From NCBI RefSeq assembly GCF_006345805.1, contig NW_021827606.1, forward strand, positions 1-10,013: DNA of 10,013 nt, read 5' to 3'. The position numbers were made by a program, and so were the translations under genes. Shown piece after piece: positions 6,430 through 10,013 of this stretch (positions within the stretch are counted from its first letter, which is position 1; every line of letters starts with the position of its first letter). This DNA comes from Octopus sinensis (lineage: Eukaryota). The notes below the pieces were generated by a model that worked only from the letters and a program-made list of their open reading frames with translations, was not told the origin of the DNA and did not search any database.

Positions 6430-7859
6430 TATGTACTAACTTTCCGCATCTTCCTCGGAAAGAAAGGCTTCCAGCATTGAAATCGGTAATAACAGACAAT
6501 AACCAGCGAGTTACTCAGAAGATTATATACACGCGTAGTTACAAAATATTTCTACCAGGGAATTAATCCTCAGATTTGAATAGTGAGCATCTACTCGTTT
6601 TAAAACAGTACTGTTATATACCAAAATTATTTTGCAATATTCAGAATTACCCAGACACAAAAACCGCGACAATAAAAATCAATGGAGATAACTAATGGAT
6701 AAGATATAATTGTGATTAGGGAGGCTTATATGTACTGCACATGTATAGCATGTTAATCCTAATTAATTATCGTCATGTATTATAAAATATTATTCATGAA
6801 ATATGCATACTCACTTATCGATAAAATCGCCATAAACTTTCGCTTTGCAGAACAAACAAATACTTAAGTGGAACAGCATTCAGTAAAACCAATATTTATC
6901 ATAAGAGTTACTCACCTGAAAAATGAAACAAAAATATTTAAGCTTAATTTGCATAAATGTCGCTTCATTTAAAACGAGATAAGAATAACAAAAACCAATG
7001 CTAATAATGTTTTAGTTCAAATAAATGTCAGTGATTTGGGGTCAGAGAGTGCGACAATACCATTGAACACTCTTCTACATTGGAATTTTCATTTATCGAT
7101 CCGTTAAGGATGAGAGTCCCGAAATAAATCCGGAAATTCATGCCGTGCGGGACTCTTCGAAATCTGTCAGTTCACTTTCATTTGTATTGGTTCTTGATGT
7201 AAGCAAAGGGTCAACAATTTTGAGTCGAGTGTTGTGCTTGGGGTGGGGGAGAGAGTCGAATACAGTGACCCCTGTAATACATTTACATGATTTGTACAAT
7301 AAGGGCATTAATTTACGCACAAGGTTTATAATTTGGCAAGTGTATAGGTTGGAATCCGTTACTGTACATGTAATTGATTTTATCAACATTTATTGGACAA
7401 AGTTGACCGCGGCGAAATTTGAAGTTTGGTAAGGGAATCAGAATAAAGATCACAAAACATGATTTCCAGCGCTCCACCGATTCAGTGAATACTGATGGTC
7501 ACTCACAAATATTTTGACTGATGACTGCTTGACGGAAAAAGGTTAAATGAAACGATTATTAAAAATAAAGGAATCTGCATCTATTTGTGATGGACGAGTG
7601 GAATATAATTTGACTGCAGGGATGGATTTTGCTAAGAAGTCTCAATAGGAATATTAAGGATTTTGATTTTGCATAAGATTGGGCGAATGTGTTTTTTTAT
7701 TGCAGACTGTAATACTTTTATTGTTCTGTCTCTTTTACCCGAATTGTTTAGATGCAAAGTGGCACATTCAACGCCTCCCAAGATGTTAAAATAAATTCTA
7801 AGGATTTTAGCGATTGTTTCAAATTATCTTCAGGCAAAAAGTATCTTCTGGAACGGATG

Positions 7860-8075
7860 ACTATAATACACAAGGGTAAAGTGGAATCTTCTGATGGTGT
7901 AGAATTATTCAACAGTTAGAGAATCAAGTATATCGAGATGGACGGATACGAGTATTTTGATATTTTGGAGTATAAAAATGAAGAAGAAAAAGAGATGAAG
8001 GAAAGATTTAGGCGAGAATATCACAAGAGAAAGAAATTCATTATGAAAAGAACACTCAATGGAAAGAATAAGATC
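7860..8075 (+). pseudogene. Fragment of non-LTR retrotransposon reverse transcriptase (C-terminal RT/thumb region, R4/Dong-like)
   Basis: One frame reads [71 protein letters not shown], with an in-frame TAG at 7917. This follows the pattern KGK..SDG.EL...IK....Y(K)Y(LG)ILE....EMK.....EY..R......LN..N seen after the YMDD box in R4/Dong RTs (recalled consensus). It is truncated by a microsatellite at 8076. Confidence 0.7.
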
Positions 8076-8745
8076 TATCTCTCTCTCTCTCCTCTCTCTC
8101 CTCCTCATCTCTCTTCTCTCTATATATATATATAATATATATAATATATATATTATATATATATATATATATATAATATATATACATATATATAAATATA
8201 TATATATAATACATTATATACATATATATATATATACATATATATACATATATATACATATATACAATATATATATATATACATATACATATCCATATAC
8301 ATATATATATATACATATATACATATTATATACATATACTATACATATAACATATATATATATACAATATATATATATACATATATTATATATACATATA
8401 TATAATATCTACATATCATTAATAACATATATACTATACCCTATATACATATCTATACATATATATTATTACATATACATATATATACATATACATATAA
8501 TACATATACATATATATACTATACATATATATATAACATATACAATATCTATACATATCATATATATACATTACATATATATATACTATACATATATATA
8601 ACAATATATATATAACATATAATATATATACATATATATACATATATATATACATATACTATCTATCTACATATCATATATATATACATATATACATATA
8701 TATATACATATACATTACATATATATACATATAGATATACATATA
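8073..8745 (+). repeat. (CT)n followed by a long degenerate (TA)n/(TACA)n array
   Basis: (CT)n at about 8078-8120, then about 620 nt of TA/TACA/TACATA units. Source of spurious ORFs 8056-8655. Confidence 0.95.
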
Positions 8746-9080
8746 CAATTGTTTTCTTTCTTTGAAAATTGCATTCGGTGGGATTAGTAATATTTTTTGG
8801 TAGAAAATGACTGATTGTCCCTCTTAGCGTATGGGCTGTATGTAGAATGCCTCCTGGCATGTATGTATAATGCCCTCTATATATAAATTAATATGTTCAA
8901 TAAGAATAATTATTTTCGAAATTTTTTCTCTTATGAGGTTTTTACGCTATCTACCTGACAATTTCTTGTTAAGTTTTTCCTTATTAAGTAGTTGTCCTTA
9001 ATTGCTAAATTTTTATTCCGAAAAAACTTTCCTCTCCCGAAATGCAATTCGTAAAAGTTTTGCCATTCATCGATGTAGTA

Positions 9081-9122
9081 TATATAAACCTCACCCATGT
9101 GCTTCGTTGATGTTGATCAGTT
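9081..9122 (+). promoter_or_regulatory. Possible TATA box plus Inr-like TCAGTT
   Basis: TATATAAA (9081-9088) and TCAGTT (9117-9122), about 200 nt upstream of the ATG at 9321. TATAAA lies 36 nt before the Inr A, longer than the canonical 30-31. Confidence 0.2.
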
Positions 9123-9320
9123 AGCTGTCATTTGCGGAGCATTTGTTGCGTTTTGCGTTGTGAGAAATTTGCTGCTGCTATTTAAGAGAATTCGAAGTTA
9201 TAATATCATTGTTTGTGTAAACTGTTCTGAACAGTACCCGTCGTAAAACGATAATTTCGCCCTACGGGGCAGAAAATTTTGTTCTACCATATTCTTGTTA
9301 CCTTAAAGGTAACTTCAGAG

Positions 9321-10013
9321 ATGGAGTTCGACCTAACGTCGAAGGAAGACTTTCCCGTGATGGGAAAAGGTGAAAAAGAGGAAAACCCAGTACCCAGGCA
9401 ATCATTCTCGGCCGCGGTGGGCGGCGCCATGTTGGAGATAGAATTCAAGATTGAACAACTGTACGAATATAGGAATTTGGTAAAACTAGAAGGAGGAGAA
9501 ATAAGGCTTGTGCCGCCGCAAGCGAAGGTGCAAGAAATTAGGGAAAAGATCGTAATCTATAAGTGTACAACTTTAAAGAAAAAAAGATCATGGAAGTAAA
9601 AAACGAAACCGTTGAGAAATGCTTGGCCCCGGTGTGGGATAAAAATTCGCCATATAGTGAGAGGTGCACGAAAGTGCCACGATCGAAGCACACTTTGACA
9701 CGGCAGAGGTGGCGAAGGAGGTGTCGTCGTTGACCCTTAAAAACGACGACATCATGCTGCTACCCTCGTATATGGGGAAGAGAACCGCAAAGGTAACGGT
9801 TGAAGACATACCCAGAGGATACGACACCATGTGGGTAGCAGCGGCGGTCTTACATGATGTAGAACGCGAAATGAACATACTGCAAATGAGAAGGAAGGAA
9901 GCGGTACGTTGGAGGGGTCAGACTCTGGAGCTCCTCGTACAGGCAGAGAACAAGATCTTGGAGAGCCTGCCTGACAGGATTTTTAACGAGGATGGCACGT
10001 CCATGAGAGTGTC
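9321..10013 (+). pseudogene. Frameshifted ORF, probably ORF1 (gag-like/RRM) of a non-LTR retrotransposon of the L1/Tx1 type; continues beyond the window
   Basis: GC content and coding-like complexity rise sharply from about 9250. Reconstruction over three frameshifts gives MEFDLTSKEDFPVMGKGEKEENPVPRQSFSAAVGG...IVIYKCTTL / KEKKIMEVKNETVEKCLAPVWDK / IRHIVRGARK / ATIEAHFDTAEVAKEVSSLTLKNDDIMLLPSYMGKRTAKVTVEDIPRGYDTMWVAAAVL...LPDRIFNEDGTSMRV. The last frame is open from 9661 to the window end. SFSAAV resembles the SYA.AV motif and IEAHFDTAEVA resembles an RRM RNP1 strand. Clade assignment is inferred. Confidence 0.6.

Noticed and set aside
7518-7550. CTGATGA...GAAA as a type I hammerhead
   Set aside because: The spacing looks right, but stem II has only 1 of 3 pairs and there is no stem I complementarity.
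7834-7875. 42-nt mini-exon (TCTTCAG / GTAAAG)
   Set aside because: The donor lies within the RT-like reading frame (HKGKV), which reads straight through it. No partner exons were identified.
8073-8130. Microsatellite-targeted insertion of the R4/Dong-like element
   Set aside because: The junction falls in mid-RT rather than at the element's 3' end, so adjacency to CT/TA repeats is not evidence of target specificity.
9572-9578. In-register slippery heptamer T TTA AAG as a programmed -1 frameshift
   Set aside because: G at the last position is unfavourable in eukaryotes, no clear downstream stimulatory structure is visible, and two more indels follow within 100 nt. Loss of a single A explains it more simply.
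1-10013. CRISPR arrays, operons, Rho-independent terminators
   Set aside because: There are no regularly spaced repeat-spacer units and no prokaryotic gene organisation. The window is eukaryotic repeat-rich DNA.

Overview
AT-rich eukaryotic (metazoan) non-genic DNA, either intergenic or intronic. The repeat families look most like octopus/coleoid cephalopod repeats, but this is recalled from memory, not from a database search. No intact cellular gene, rRNA, tRNA or CRISPR array is supported. Most six-frame ORFs are artefacts of TA/CA/TG/GA/CT microsatellites. Between the microsatellites are relics of several mobile-element classes: two different tRNA-headed SINEs (about 2345-2580 and 3032-3415), an internally deleted mariner (about 5701-6429), a short R4/Dong-like reverse-transcriptase fragment (7860-8075), and the frameshifted 5' ORF of a probable non-LTR retrotransposon that runs off the window (9321-10013). 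The most notable structure is a gapless, loop-less 164-bp palindrome at 5497-5660. Each arm carries a degenerate copy of a minimal type I hammerhead ribozyme, one per strand, and the two copies are damaged at complementary positions. This fits a Penelope-like-element (PLE) terminal hairpin or a retrozyme-like repeat. A second long hairpin (5153-5268) and a half-hammerhead-like stem cluster (4877-4955) lie just upstream.
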